From NCBI RefSeq assembly GCF_021869535.1, contig NW_026262723.1, forward strand, positions 80,042,001-80,106,000: DNA of 64,000 nucleotides, read 5' to 3'. Position 1 is the stretch's first letter. Every line of letters starts with the position of its first letter. Origin of the DNA: Mytilus californianus (Eukaryota). The translations under genes were made by a program, and so were the position numbers. The notes below the pieces were generated by a model. The model did no database searches. It was given only the letters and a program-made list of their open reading frames with translations, and was not told the origin of the DNA. Shown here piece by piece: positions 25,981 to 38,814 of this stretch.

Positions 25981-27183
25981 TGTAACGATCCGGAGTTTTC
26001 GAGTCAGGAGACCCGGTGTTACTTATGTGGGACTCCGGTGAAGGAGTTATAATAAAAATCATTTTGGAGGTTCATAAATTGTAATATTTTCTGCTTCAGT
26101 AATTATCTAAATGCAATACATGTACAACAAATACAGTGGTTCATCAAACACATGAAAAGAGATATATATTATAATAATTATAGGTGCATTTGTCACTAAA
26201 AGCGTAATAGTAGTTCCTACCAGCACTCTGTGAAGGAAAATTTAGTTGGTGCAAAAAGAATAATTTGGGACCCTGCTTGGTGCAGGTTAAATGACCTTAT
26301 AATTTAATAAGTTTAAATAAAAAAACTATAATAAATAAATATTATTAGCTTTCTCTTGAGTTTAAATACTTTATCACCAAGTAATTTCACTTGGTGCAGC
26401 ACCGAGCAAATCTGCTTGGTGCTAGCCAAAATAAATACACCGACTACGCAGCTTGGTGCACTACGGCAGACGACGGAGTTTTAGGGTAGCCTCCGATTAA
26501 TGAATGAAAATATAGACATTTACAAATTTCTGTCCAAAACTAATGTTTTTGCGTCATTATACAGCGTTTACAATCTTTTGCTTGGTGCAATATAGTTTGT
26601 TTTCTAATATTTAAAAACAGCGAACATTATGCATGGAGGTGAAAAGCCGAGCAAACAGTACGTCAGCATTTTGATATGTAGACTTGGTTAAGTATCAAGT
26701 CAGTTAATTTTAAAAATATACTAACCAAGCACTCTACTTGGTGCAGCAAACATAGTTTGAGATATACTGCTAACCGCTTGGAGGATCTTAGAGAGAATCT
26801 CCTAATTAGAACATGCGTTCCGCAATTTATTCAAAAGCGATGTTTACTGGTGACGTAATACACAAGTTATTCATAAACAAGAACAGGAACACGTAACGTT
26901 ACATTTGGCGCGTCACATTAAAAGTAAACGTACAAAAATACAAAACTGAACAATTACACTCATAAATAAAGTCGATTCGTAATTAAACAAAGTGACTGAA
27001 TAATAAAAGGTCTACTTAAGAAATTCCTTCTGTAAAATACTGAACAGAACTCAACAACGAACATCTGCATGTATCAGGTGTGGAACGGAGACAGCAGTGA
27101 TAATATGAACACAACTATAAATTTTACACAAGTTAAAACCACAATGATATTGATATAACCTGTCAAACCACAGGGGCGTAACA
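25981..27183 (-). repeat. 3' LTR (~1.2 kb)
   Basis: Colinear with the split 5' LTR; on the minus strand preceded by the purine tract AAGGTAGGGGGTAG (27184-27197). Confidence 0.9.
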
Positions 27184-28193
27184 CTACCCCCTACCTTAAA
27201 GAAAAAGGATTTGTCCTCAAATATGAAAGTATGTACGTCATGCAGATGTCATTTCATATAGGAATATAGAATCAACACATAATGTCTCACTTCGTGAGAA
27301 ATTTGGTAAGAGTAGTCTCTTGGTGTAAGATTAAAACGAAGTCAACATTGTTTTGTAAGAAACACATCATAGAAATATTGAATTTAACAATCCATCGTTC
27401 AATCATGCAGATATTTCCACTCTTCAGACTGCCTTCCTCTTCATGTAGATCGTCTTCTGTAAATGTTGACAATAATTCGGTGTTATATATCACACCTAAT
27501 AATTATATCTTGTGGTGAGATAAAAAGTTCTTCATCGATATCAAAGTTAATTGAAATATTATAGCTGTACAATTGTCTTTGGGGTATTCAATGAATGGTT
27601 GACTCGCCACATCAAACCTTGTTAAAATCGGTTGATAAACAACTCTTGTAATGGTTGACACATAAATCATATATAGCTGGTATTACAATAGTATCAGCAT
27701 TAACAAGCATGGAGACCATCAAGGACGACATATCGCCACAGGCCCAAGTTCGGTATCCAAATAAGCAACAGTATTACACAGACAACATACATGTCACAAG
27801 ACTATACTGAAAACTCACCAGTACTCCACAGATATCTTCACCACAGGACGTATTGATAATACTCTTATAATATATAAGTTGTCCACAGACATTTTCCGTC
27901 ACAGGATAACTTAAAAAATATAAACAGCCAACCATTCTACTAATTCATGATAACATGAATATATATCAGCGACAAAAATTACTAACAAACAATTCATTGA
28001 CTTACGCTACTATTTCCGCATCGGGCAGTTACAGGTCATTTACCATATCTGCGTTCAGTGTGTTATTATTTGGTGGTTTGGACCACAACTAGTCCTTGCA
28101 AATTTAACTTCGACAGCATTAGATCAACGACAGGAAGACATCAACAACTAAATTGAACGATTCAACAAGCTTTTGTTTCTACATTTCAGCATA

Positions 28194-28685
28194 TCATTTC
28201 TGCATTATGTCAACTAAATATTTAAAAAAAAAATTTAAAAACACAAAAGTGTAAGCAAATAATACGAAACCAATATTAATAATGTTATTCTTTATTAGGA
28301 CAAGCTTTTCTGACATGTCCTTTATCACCACAGCGAAAGCATTTATTCTTTGAATCAACAGACATTCCAGCGACTTCATTAGTTAAGTTATTACACCTTA
28401 TGCTATCCGCTAGGTTAAAAGTGTCAAATGTAATTGATAAAATTTCAGCTTCATTGATATTTTTATGCCTTGATTCTCGTACTCTAAGACGCATTTTAGG
28501 GTCGTGTAATGCATCTTTAAACTGGTCCAAAGCCAATAGATCTGTAACAGAGGAAGGGGCACCAGCGAGTCATTTTTTTTAACCACTGTCTCATTACTAG
28601 CAGTTGACGATCTATGAGTTGGATTAAATTGAAGTATATCGGACTGCAAAGAATCATCCATTTTAAAATGATTTTTATTTTTCAA
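28194..28685 (-). pseudogene. gag remnant with CCHC zinc knuckle
   Basis: ALDQFKDALHDPKMRLRVRE...CFRCGDKGHVRKAC (CX2CX4HX4C); frame is broken. Confidence 0.8.
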
Positions 28686-28720
28686 ACTTATACCAGATAA
28701 TTTTTTTAATTAATAGTTTT

Positions 28721-28740
28721 GAATCCCACTTCTGACACCA
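28721..28740 (-). other. Primer-binding site complementary to the tRNA-Leu 3' end
   Basis: Plus strand GAATCCCACTTCTGACACCA equals the recalled 3' end of tRNA-Leu(CAA); it lies 1 nt from the LTR end. Confidence 0.8.
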
Positions 28741-29590
28741 GTGTAACGTTCCGGGGTTTTCGAGGCAGGAGAAGTGTTGTTACTTATGTGGGCCTCCGGT
28801 ATGGGAAGTTATAATAAAAATCATTTTGGAGGTTCATAAATTGTAATATTGTCTGATTCAGTAATTATCTAATATGCAATACATGTACAACACATACAGT
28901 GGTTCATCAAACACATGAAAAGAGATATATATATTATAATAAATATTGATGCATTTGTCTCTATAGGCTTAATGGTAATTTCTTCCAACACTCTGTGCAG
29001 GAAAATCTAGTTGGTGCAAAGAGAATAATTTGGGACCCTGTTTGGTGCAGGTTAGTTGACCTCATATTTTAATAAGTTTAAATAAAAAACTATAATAAAT
29101 ACATAGTATTAGTTTTCGCTTGAATTTAAATACTTTTTCATCAAGTAATTTCACTTGGTGCAGCACCGAGCAAATCTGCTTGGTGCTAGTCAAAATAAAT
29201 ACACCGATTACGCAGCTTGGTGCACTACGGCAGACGACGGAGTTTTAGGGTAGCCTCCGATTAATGAATGAAAATATTTTTTATAAAGTCTTGGAATAGA
29301 CATTTACAAATTTCTGTCCAAAACTTATATGTTTTTGCGTCATTATACAGCGTTTACAATCTTTTGCTTGGTGCAATATTATTTGTTTTCTAATATTTAA
29401 AAACAGCGAACATTCTGCATGGAGGTAAAAAACCGAGCAAAAAGTACGTCAGCATTTTGATAAGTGGACTTGGTTAAGTATCAAGTCTATTAATTTAAAT
29501 ATACTAACCAAGCACTCTTACTTGGTGCAGCAAACATAATTTGAGATATTCTGCTAACCGCTGGAGGATCTTGCAGAGAATCTCCAAGTT

Positions 29591-32500
29591 GAGTTGGAAA
29601 GCAGGTCACGGTTTGACCCCAAGTCTATCAGCAACAATAGATTCACGTGACCGTGAAAATTCAGTAAAACTACGGATGAGACAAACCTCACTTTTACTCA
29701 CTAAAATACCACTGTCATGGTAAAAACTTATTGATCAAAATAATCTTGAATTTACATTGTTTTAACTCGTCAAAACTTACACATCAACTCAAAGTCCTTT
29801 ATTCTTTATTTTATCTTCAAACTTGAAGTTTGTGTGAAAATTGTCAAGGCTCATGATCGAAAAATCTAAATATTCTCGAGGAAACTAAAAATGATGGGCT
29901 GAATTTAAATTCAATAAAGCATCTCATTAAGACAAACACTCGATATGAATATTTAGGCAAATCAGTTTTGGATACGCAAACGTCAAGTTATGTTCTATAC
30001 GAAGCGGTTGTTTTTTTGCCGATTTGTGCAAGTGGTTATCTCCCCTTGATATCACCAGTCAAAAATAAAAACCCACCAAAATGAATAAAAAGGAGTTTAT
30101 TTTATAAAAATCAAGAAGAAAATAAAAGAAAGTCGATTAACAACTATGTTATTATAATATTAAGAAGAGATACTTCCCTACTTTTCAGAGAAGGATTACA
30201 GGTAAAAATTAAAAGACAAAAAATTGGTAAAAATTAGATCTAGAAACCTCTCTGATATATAAATTAGCTCTGGCTGATGAAATTTACTTTGTAATTTTTA
30301 TAATGGGATATGGGATCACTCCTAATGGATTTTTTTTTAAATACTTCTAACAATGTTTAATGCAATAAAACATACTGTATTCAATTTGAATAATCTTTCT
30401 GAAAAAAAATAGTACTGATCATTTATATTTTATATTTTAATAAAGTGGGACCAAGAGTCATAATTAAGTTTCTCCAAAGTAAAAAAGCCTTTTTAACTCA
30501 AGCCTATGTTTCTTAGTTGAACAGTACAGTACTGCCTAGAAAATATCATAAAGAATAAGGATAAGATTACCAAAAATATTGACAGAAATTCTATAAAAAG
30601 TAATACTTAATAAAAATTAAAAGTGACATAATTTTGACTTTAAAATCATTATTATTGTAAAATTCAATTATTAGATTAGCTACCACAGCTAGTAGCCCTT
30701 GCCAAATTTCTCAGAGTATTTTATAGATTATGAAAGTAAACTTTAAAAAAAAATGGGGCTTCTACTCTTCAGATTGCAGTATCAGCTGGTATACATATTC
30801 ATAAACAAAGTATTGTATATTTTACCTTAATAATTGGATATCTATATCACAGATGAAAGTTGGTGGGACAATTCTTGTGCCTTTTACTTAATTATCAATG
30901 GATTGATAAATTTGACAAGATTAGTTTGCCATTTGAATAAATAACTATGAATTAATTTTCTTGTTTGACTTTAAAAGCTATTTTTTTCACTTATTACTGT
31001 GGCTTATTTAGTAAAGAGATAACCAAAAATGCAAGGTTTTCAACTTTTAACTTAAATATAATAAACTGACCTTCATTTCCTCTTTCATGTTTTTTCCTCC
31101 AGAAATTTTCATTACAAGGTATTTTCTATTGCTATTTTTGTGTTTTTGTCCATCATTAATTTGTCAGATTTGCTTCCAGTATGAATGAAATATTCTAAGA
31201 CGTACAGTTTCAAAAGATGATCTTTGATTTACCTTTTCAATGTGTAAATTCTCACTATGCACATGACCCTGACACATAATTTGTCAAACATATTCCAAAC
31301 TAAAAGACAAATTGAAAGAGTTGGTATTACTTTGTTTCATTAAAAAGAATGGCGAACGTAGATACAACTATCTTGTCTTGGGGAGGGATAAATCCTACTT
31401 TGTAAAGAATCACTCTGATTCAAACAAAAAATTCTCTGAAACTGACATTATCAAGATGCTTGATTTCTTTATTGACAACATATTTGTTACGTTTGGAGGA
31501 CGTGTTTATCAACAGACTGTCGGAATTCCAATGGGAACCAATTGTGCCCCTCTTCTTGCCGACTTGTTTCTTTATTATTATGAGGCTGACTTCATACAGG
31601 AACTTCTTAGGAAAAAAGATAAGAAGTTACCAATATCCTTTAACTTTACGTTCCGCTATATAGATGATGTTCTCTCACTAAATAATACAAAATTTGGTGA
31701 CTATGTTGAACGAATCTATCCCATCGAACTAGAGATAAAGGATACTACAGATACAGTTAAGTCTGCCTCATATCTTGACTTACATCTAGAAATTGACAAT
31801 GAGGGTCGGTTGAAAACAAAACTTTACGACAATTGTGAACTTTCCATTTCTATGTAGCAACATTCCAGCAGCGCCTGCATACGGAGTATATATCTCCCAA
31901 TTGATACGATATTCCCGGGCTTGTATTTCCTATCATGATTTCCTTGATAGAGGATTGCTACTCACAAGGAAGCTATTAAACCAAGAGTTCCAAATGGTGA
32001 AGTTGAAATCATCCCTTCGTAAATTTTACGGGCGCCATCACGAGTTGGTTGACCGTTATGGAATAACCGTTTCACAGATGATATCGGATACTAGTATGTT
32101 CTTTATGTCGTAACTACAATACCATTTCCTTTTCACGAATGTGACCTACCGAATTAGACTATTTACCGGATTTGTCATAACATAAGCAACACGACGGGTG
32201 CCACATGTGGAGCAGGATCTGCCTACCCTTCCAGAGCACCTGAGATCACCCCCAGTTTTTGGTGGGGTTCGTGTTGCTTAGTCTTTAGTTTTCTATGTTG
32301 TGTCATCTGTACTATTATTTGTCTGTTTGTCTTTTTATTTTTGGCCATGGCGTTGTCAGTTTGTTTTCGATCTATGACTTTGAATGTCCCTCTGGTATCT
32401 TTCGTCCCTCTTTTGTCAACGTTATATGACGAATGTTGAAAAAAGAAAACAATGTCACCGTCAATTTGTGTAGGGGATCAAGAAAGGTTTTATTTACTTT

Positions 32501-33445
32501 GAAATGGAGGTATCGTATGGAATTGTGAAAACAACAACTTTTAATCACAATTTCATTCATATCTCTATTAAAATCAGTATTTTAGAGTACTTTGGAAACA
32601 CAATGAAAAGAAGTTGAACATTCACTGTTTTAAACCAGAAACGCAGCCAAAAACAGCTACAAATTGACATGACTGGTGGTCACTAAAATTGTTGTATTAG
32701 AGTAAAAAATGATGGCTTCATAATTGTGTAGAAATTTGAAATAGGTTACCCGGTTTCATATAAGATTCTTACCGTTCTTTTCCGTATTTGGATACGCAAA
32801 CGTCAAGTTATTTAAATTCGATGTTTTTGGCGAACAAAAAAGAGAGCTGATAATTTTTAGAACGGACAGGAAAAAGAAATAGCAAATAAAAGTTATTTTG
32901 GACAATGTTTCTATGTCGTATTGAAACTATATTGCTCACAAAACCTACAAAAATTAAAAATCAATTATAATAAAAGCATGACAAGTTGAAAAAAATACTT
33001 TAACTCTCTTGCTGCTGGGGAGACACATGTGCCCATACCGACTGTGCCGGAGGGACACATATGTCCATGTTTTAATTTATGCAAGCTTCTCCTCATTGCT
33101 GTATCTTTTTCAAATAAAATACAAAAGAAGTTTATACAGTGTTATATTGTTATTCAATAGGTGCCAAATGTAACGGTCATTTTGGCGTGACGTCATATGT
33201 TGAATGACGTCATTGTTGGACATTCGACGTCTGTGACGTTGAGCTGTCATATTTTCTGGCGTACGAAATGCAAACTTGAAAAAGAAATGGCAGCAAGAGG
33301 GTTAAACGTCGATTTATTAGCCGATTGATTTGGCGGACTTTTTGACGTCACCGACGACTGTAGCGCCACCTAATTAATCCCCCTGCTATTGTTGCAGATA
33401 GAGCTTGACGACAACGGGCGTTTCCAAGGACTTACTTTCCAACTG
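29591..33445. mobile_element. TIR DNA transposon (non-autonomous, possibly Sola-like) inserted in the 5' LTR
   Basis: Imperfect TIRs GAGTTGGAAAGCAGGTC / CAGTTGGAAAGTAAGTC; 4-bp TSD AGTT (29587-29590, 33446-33449); the empty site is visible in the other LTR near 26820. Confidence 0.8.
31289..32415 (+). mobile_element. 5'-truncated Naiad-type element (RT core and 3' UTR) nested in the TIR transposon
   Basis: QQTVGIPMGTNCAPLLADLFLYYYE, FRYIDDVL, AYGVYISQLIRYSRAC; a small deletion near 31830 shifts the frame. Confidence 0.9.
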
Positions 33446-34008
33446 AGTTAGAATATGCGTTCCGCAATTTATTCAAAAGAGATGTTTACTGGTGACGTAA
33501 TACACAAGTTATTCATTAACAACAGGATCACTTAATGTTACATTTGGCGCGTCACATTAAAAGTAAACGTACGCAAATACAAAGCTGAACAATAACACTC
33601 ATAAATAAAGTCAATTCGTATTTAAACATAGTGATTAAATAATAAAAGGTCTAGTTAAGAAATTCCTTCTGTAAAATACGGAACAGAACTCAACAACGAA
33701 CATCTGCATGTATCAGGTGTGGAACGGAGACCGCAGTGATAATATGAACACAACTATATAATTTACACAAGTTAAAATCACAATAATATTGATATAACCT
33801 GTCAAACCATAGGGGCGTAACAATATAAGATATAAGATATTAATTAATATAAAATCCCAAGAAACGGATTGCTACTAAAATATAAAATAACACAAATAAA
33901 CAATACAAATATGTAACATTAACAAAAAAATATTTAAAAAACTATATTCTTAGTCCTTTTTTTCTTTCTTTTTTATATAAAATGAAAACAACACGTTATA
34001 AATTTCAA

Positions 34009-34050
34009 GCGTTCGACGCGCTTTTCTGGATTTACCTTCATCAGGAACGC
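34009..34050 (-). ncRNA. Minimal type-I hammerhead ribozyme motif (family H2), slightly degenerate
   Basis: Reverse complement GCGTTC-CTGATGA-aGGtaaatCCa-GAAA-aGCGCg-TC-GAACGC: perfect 6-bp stem I and intact core, weak stems II and III. Confidence 0.55.
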
Positions 34051-35221
34051 TCAAAGCCGAATATTTGAAAGCCAAGGATGTATAAGAACAGTTGAAGAGC
34101 TATATGACCAAAAAGAACCTAAAAAAAATAGACAAATCCATCTGAGGTCAACTTAGCATGAGGGAGTTGAAACCTTGGTTTCTTTATAATTTCAAAATTT
34201 ATAAACGGACGATTTTAGAAAGGATTGTTATATATCATGTCAGTAACGAAGTATGCTGCTGGGATGTTGTATGTTAGACAACATATATATATATTAACCT
34301 CCCCTCAAATTAGCATACACGTTATTACAGTAAGAAGAAATGCTAATTACCTATATTTTATTCAATCGTATATTTGGTAGAGGTAAACATGTAAAATCAA
34401 CAGTTCATACTTAATTGCTAATATTGCTTCTGTAATTATACATCTCGCTTATGCCATCAACAATAATTTTCAAAATGTCATATTCTTCAGAAGAGAAAAT
34501 GATTTTTTTTTTTTCCATTACTCATTGAAATAAAATAGGAACAATATCAGAAATTTCATTCAACATTTTCATAGTCACATCTCAACTGAAGTGTCTAGAT
34601 TATAACATCATTTTCATTTATTTATTAAGTAAACGAGCATTGGATATTAAAAGGGGTTGGCGGATTGAATATCAATGTTCATCTGTTGCTCCGCACGATT
34701 ATTTTTTTCCCCGGCAAATTTATTTTACTTTCGTACACAAAACATTTCCTGCATTTTCAGTTGCATGATATTCATTTTCATTGTGTCTTGTTCAAGATTA
34801 TTTATTTTCAGTTCTTACCAGGCAGGAATGTTCATTTTCAAAATGAAAAGACCCACCCCCTTACTCCCAAAAATCAAATAGTCGTCCCCTAGCGGCTCTC
34901 GTTTCAATTTATATTTTGTTATGCATGAACAGAAATTAAATGATAATTATACTTAAATTTTGTGTGTCAGAAGCGCTTTTTTTATTTACCTTCATCAGAA
35001 GTTCTTAAACCTAATATCTTAGAAGCCACGTATATATTAGTACTTGATAAGCGTGGAGATAAATGGACCTAAAAAGAATAGCCAAATGTATCTAAGTAAG
35101 TCTATATTTGGGTCGAGTGATTACAAAAATAAATTACGTGGGTTCTCTCAACATGTGCTTCAGGTACATGTATAACGTGTCCAATCACGACGGAGGGTCT
35201 GGATGGGGGTCGTTCATTTCT

Positions 35222-35500
35222 TTATTCTTTAAATTTTTAGGTCATTTTTCTGTACTCTTTATAGTTTTGGCCATTTTTCTCTACTCTTTATAGTTTTGGC
35301 CATTTTTCTCTATTCTTTATAGTTTCGGCCATTTTTCTCTATTCTTTATAGTTTCGGCCATTTTTCTCTATTCTTTATAGTTTTGGCCATTTTTCTCTAT
35401 TCTTTATAGTTTCGGCCATTTTTCTCTATTCTTTATAGTTTCGGCCATTTTTCTCTATTCTTTATAGTTTTGGCCATTTTTCTCTATTCTTTATATTTAG
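35222..35500. repeat. 29-bp minisatellite (~9 units)
   Basis: CTCTATTCTTTATAGTTTyGGCCATTTTT in tandem, with no spacers. Confidence 0.95.
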
Positions 35501-38500
35501 CAACCCATTGTTCTCTTTTCTTTATTTTGTTTGACCTTTATTCTGATGCCCATTATTCTCTATTCAGTAAATCATGACCTCATGACGTGACTGTGTAATT
35601 ATACATCCTACACAGCCAAGCCGTAGAGCTGTTAGAAAGGGTCTAGGTACAGAACAGAAAAAAGTGAAGACAAAATGCTTATATAATATTTTTACAGAAA
35701 AGTTTTAGTATCGAAACTGTTTGATTCGCGCTTTGATTAAAAATATTTTAGAAGTACGATGCGTATATTGAAAGATCCTTTTTAGTTTCTAACGCACAAA
35801 CTATTAAAATTGAGGAATGACAGTAGACTGGACTATTACAAAACTTGTCATTTCCATTAATTTTTGGTCGTATGTGTTCCTTTCAGAATTTGTTTTTGTA
35901 TATTTATATGAAACTATAAAAAAAAAAAGAGATGAATATTATTTCCACTATAAAATGGATATATTGGATTAAGAGTGTTCTCAAACATATTTGTTTTCAG
36001 GCTATCTGCTTACGTTTTGAATAAGTAGCTGCCAGTCAACAAAATATTTTAAAAAGCAACAGTTATGTAGCCGTCTTTATTTTATTTTCCTCCCATTATT
36101 TACTGTTTGATGCGAATAGCTATATGTTTGTGCGTAAATATATTCATTAAATAATTTACTCCTGAATGAAGCGTAGAATCACAAACGAAATTGAGGCATA
36201 ACACAGCAGAGACAGTTAACTGTTTACGGCCGGGTCGGAAAAAGGTGAAAGTTTGGCTAGTTTGTGTAATCTTCAATCATTTAGGTAAATATTTAGCCAT
36301 ATTAATATTCATATTACAACTCAAGTAGTTAATGGGTGAAGTATAAACTTGTCACAGCAATAAATCCACTACTTGTCACTTATGGACCGAATTAGGTTTT
36401 GGTAGAAATTCCAAAATACACCACTCGTCTCTTTATCGATATCTCATAACATAACGAGTTTTGAATATTAAAATGTTGCTACAATGTGATCAATTTCGTT
36501 GACGTCGCACGCTACCAGTGGCTACTTATGATTTTGATCCGATTTGATTCCTCCCTCTTTAAACCAAATACTGTCTCCATTATAAAGTACTCTACTAATC
36601 ACTGTCTGATCAGTCTGGGAGATTACAAGACCTTAGGAAACAGGTAATGAATCTTATAAACATTTTTTCTACTAGTAATTAAATTATTTTCATATTTGTT
36701 TTGTTGATTATTCCCTTTGAATTAAAACGTTTAAACTTGATACTTATGCAATAGATAGTAATTCATGCATTAAAAAAGTACATTATATCTTCAAAATTTC
36801 CATTAGACTTATTTCTTACCCACTTATGGTTTTTAATATTTTTTACGAAATAATTCAAAGACCATAATCTGTTCTTATTTCGGACCCTTTCCCCCGAAAA
36901 AAACTGTTTAAAACAATTTAAAAAGTTGAAAGTATTTAGTTATATAAATGAATTATCTTTTAATTTGAAACAATGCAGCCGAATTACTGGATATTCCACA
37001 TCCGATGTTTTTCATATTTACGATCCCAGAATGTTCTTAAATTTAAACTAGGTCTGTGGTACTTTTAATTTAGAAATAGTTCTTTTGCTTGTTGGTGCAA
37101 ATATCATGGTTCAGACAAGTACAGTATTTTAAGGCGAGGTAGCCTATCATGCATGTACAAGGTCTCTCGCTCTTGGTATTTTTAAATGTTCAAGACCAGC
37201 AGTTCAAAGCCGCCATTTATCTTTTCTAATAATGGGATGAATATTGTATAGACAATAATATACATTTATCCAAAATTCAATTTTTACTTCCATGTCCATT
37301 TTTTATACACCTTTTTAAGAGTAAATGACTGTTTCAAGTACACTTTTGTGTTATGTTAACGGCACCTTATTTAACATCACACTTTTTTCATAAATATGCT
37401 TCAAATAAGATTTAGAGTTGTCAAATAAGTTTCAAAAGGTTTTCTGCTTAAAGGGAATTTTAACATTTCCTTTGCAAATTTCGTGGTAAAGGAAACAGAA
37501 TTTCATTCAGCAGGGATAATTTGAAGAGAAAATAAATATTTTGTAATACAACCTTTGAATTACTTATTTGAGAATTTTTCAATCTATTTATTGATAGAAT
37601 AATTCACATTAACAACATTACTCTCAAAAATATTTTGTCCACGTCATTTTAAAAAAACAACATTTGTGTTGTTTTAAATTAAATTTAATTGCTTTTATGA
37701 GTCTGAACACCACAAACCTTAACATTAATAATTTCAGAAAAAAAAATCAAATGTAAAAAAAAAGACGAATTACAAATTCATCTACTAACATATAACTTTG
37801 AATTGTATTTGATGGTTAAACATGTACAGTTATTTAACAATTTTCACAAACATTCTTTTTTTGAGGCGAAGGCTAAAAGGAACCAATGAAATAAAAAGAA
37901 CTTAACATATATTGGTCTACTTTTGAAATGTGATATATCAAGAAAAAAGGAAAAAAGCTGCCGTTGGTCGACATTTTTTTACACCTCATATTTTAACTAT
38001 ATATATAGGTAAGTTTTAAATTTGTTTAAAAAAGAAAGTATTTCTACTCAGTATGGATACCGTTTGATACTTAAACTGTGTCTATATTAATGAATGAATA
38101 CTTTTTTACCAATACCATATGTTTGCTCTACATATGTATCTTTAGTGGTTTTCATTAGGAAAGTTTGTATGGGCGAAGACACGTAAATCGCAATATGTAT
38201 ATATCTTCTCTTCTCTGCAATATATATTCAACTAATGCTAACAGTGTTAACTTTTAACTGAAAACTTTCGGATGTTACGCTTTTGTCGAAACTGTTATGT
38301 ACACGCTATAAAAACGTTAATGTCAACAGATTTAATTATAGTTATAAAGTTCGTGTTGGAGTATCTCCATAGCAGTCACTGGAGTGCCAAGGAAAACATC
38401 TTTTCTTTTTGTCTGATTATAGACAACTGATATGAATTGAGACCATGATAAAAATGTGCTTTGTTAAGATTGTTTTTTTTTACCACATAGTCTTTTCTTA

Positions 38501-38814
38501 TTAAATGTTTGTTATTGATGAGGCACGCTTAATCGCAATAACAATTTCAAACTTGTTTCTTGAAATATCATTGATATGTTCATTTTCTGTTTACTGTTTA
38601 TAATGACGAATCATTCGATAACTAAGTTTTTATCTACCCTTTGGCATGGATTGCTAAGGCCATATTTGGAACATCTTTTTGTAATTTTCAGTTTGTAATG
38701 CTCCTCAACCATGTATTGGATTTGGTTTTCAAACAATTTTCGAGCGCCGCTTAATTTCGGTTTATACCGCACCTCAGCTTTTCATTTAATATTGCATTCC
38801 AACTGTTTAGATCC

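Larger units (their letters stand above)
25981..33822 (-). mobile_element. Non-autonomous Gypsy-type LTR retrotransposon (two LTRs, PBS, PPT, gag remnant, no pol seen)
   Basis: 3' LTR 25981-27183; 5' LTR 28742-29590 + 33450-33822; termini TGTTAC...GTTACA; flanks GTAT/ATAT as a near-TSD. Confidence 0.9.

Noticed and set aside
26246-26750. TGCACCA repeats as metal-response elements
   Set aside because: They do not fit the MRE core TGCRCNC (the last base is A).
35222-35500. CRISPR-like array
   Set aside because: The 29-bp units are directly adjacent with no unique spacers, and the context is eukaryotic; it is a minisatellite.
36676-36686. P3 paired-homeodomain site TAATTAAATTA as DMBX1 autoregulation
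   Set aside because: Such motifs are expected many times by chance in DNA this AT-rich.
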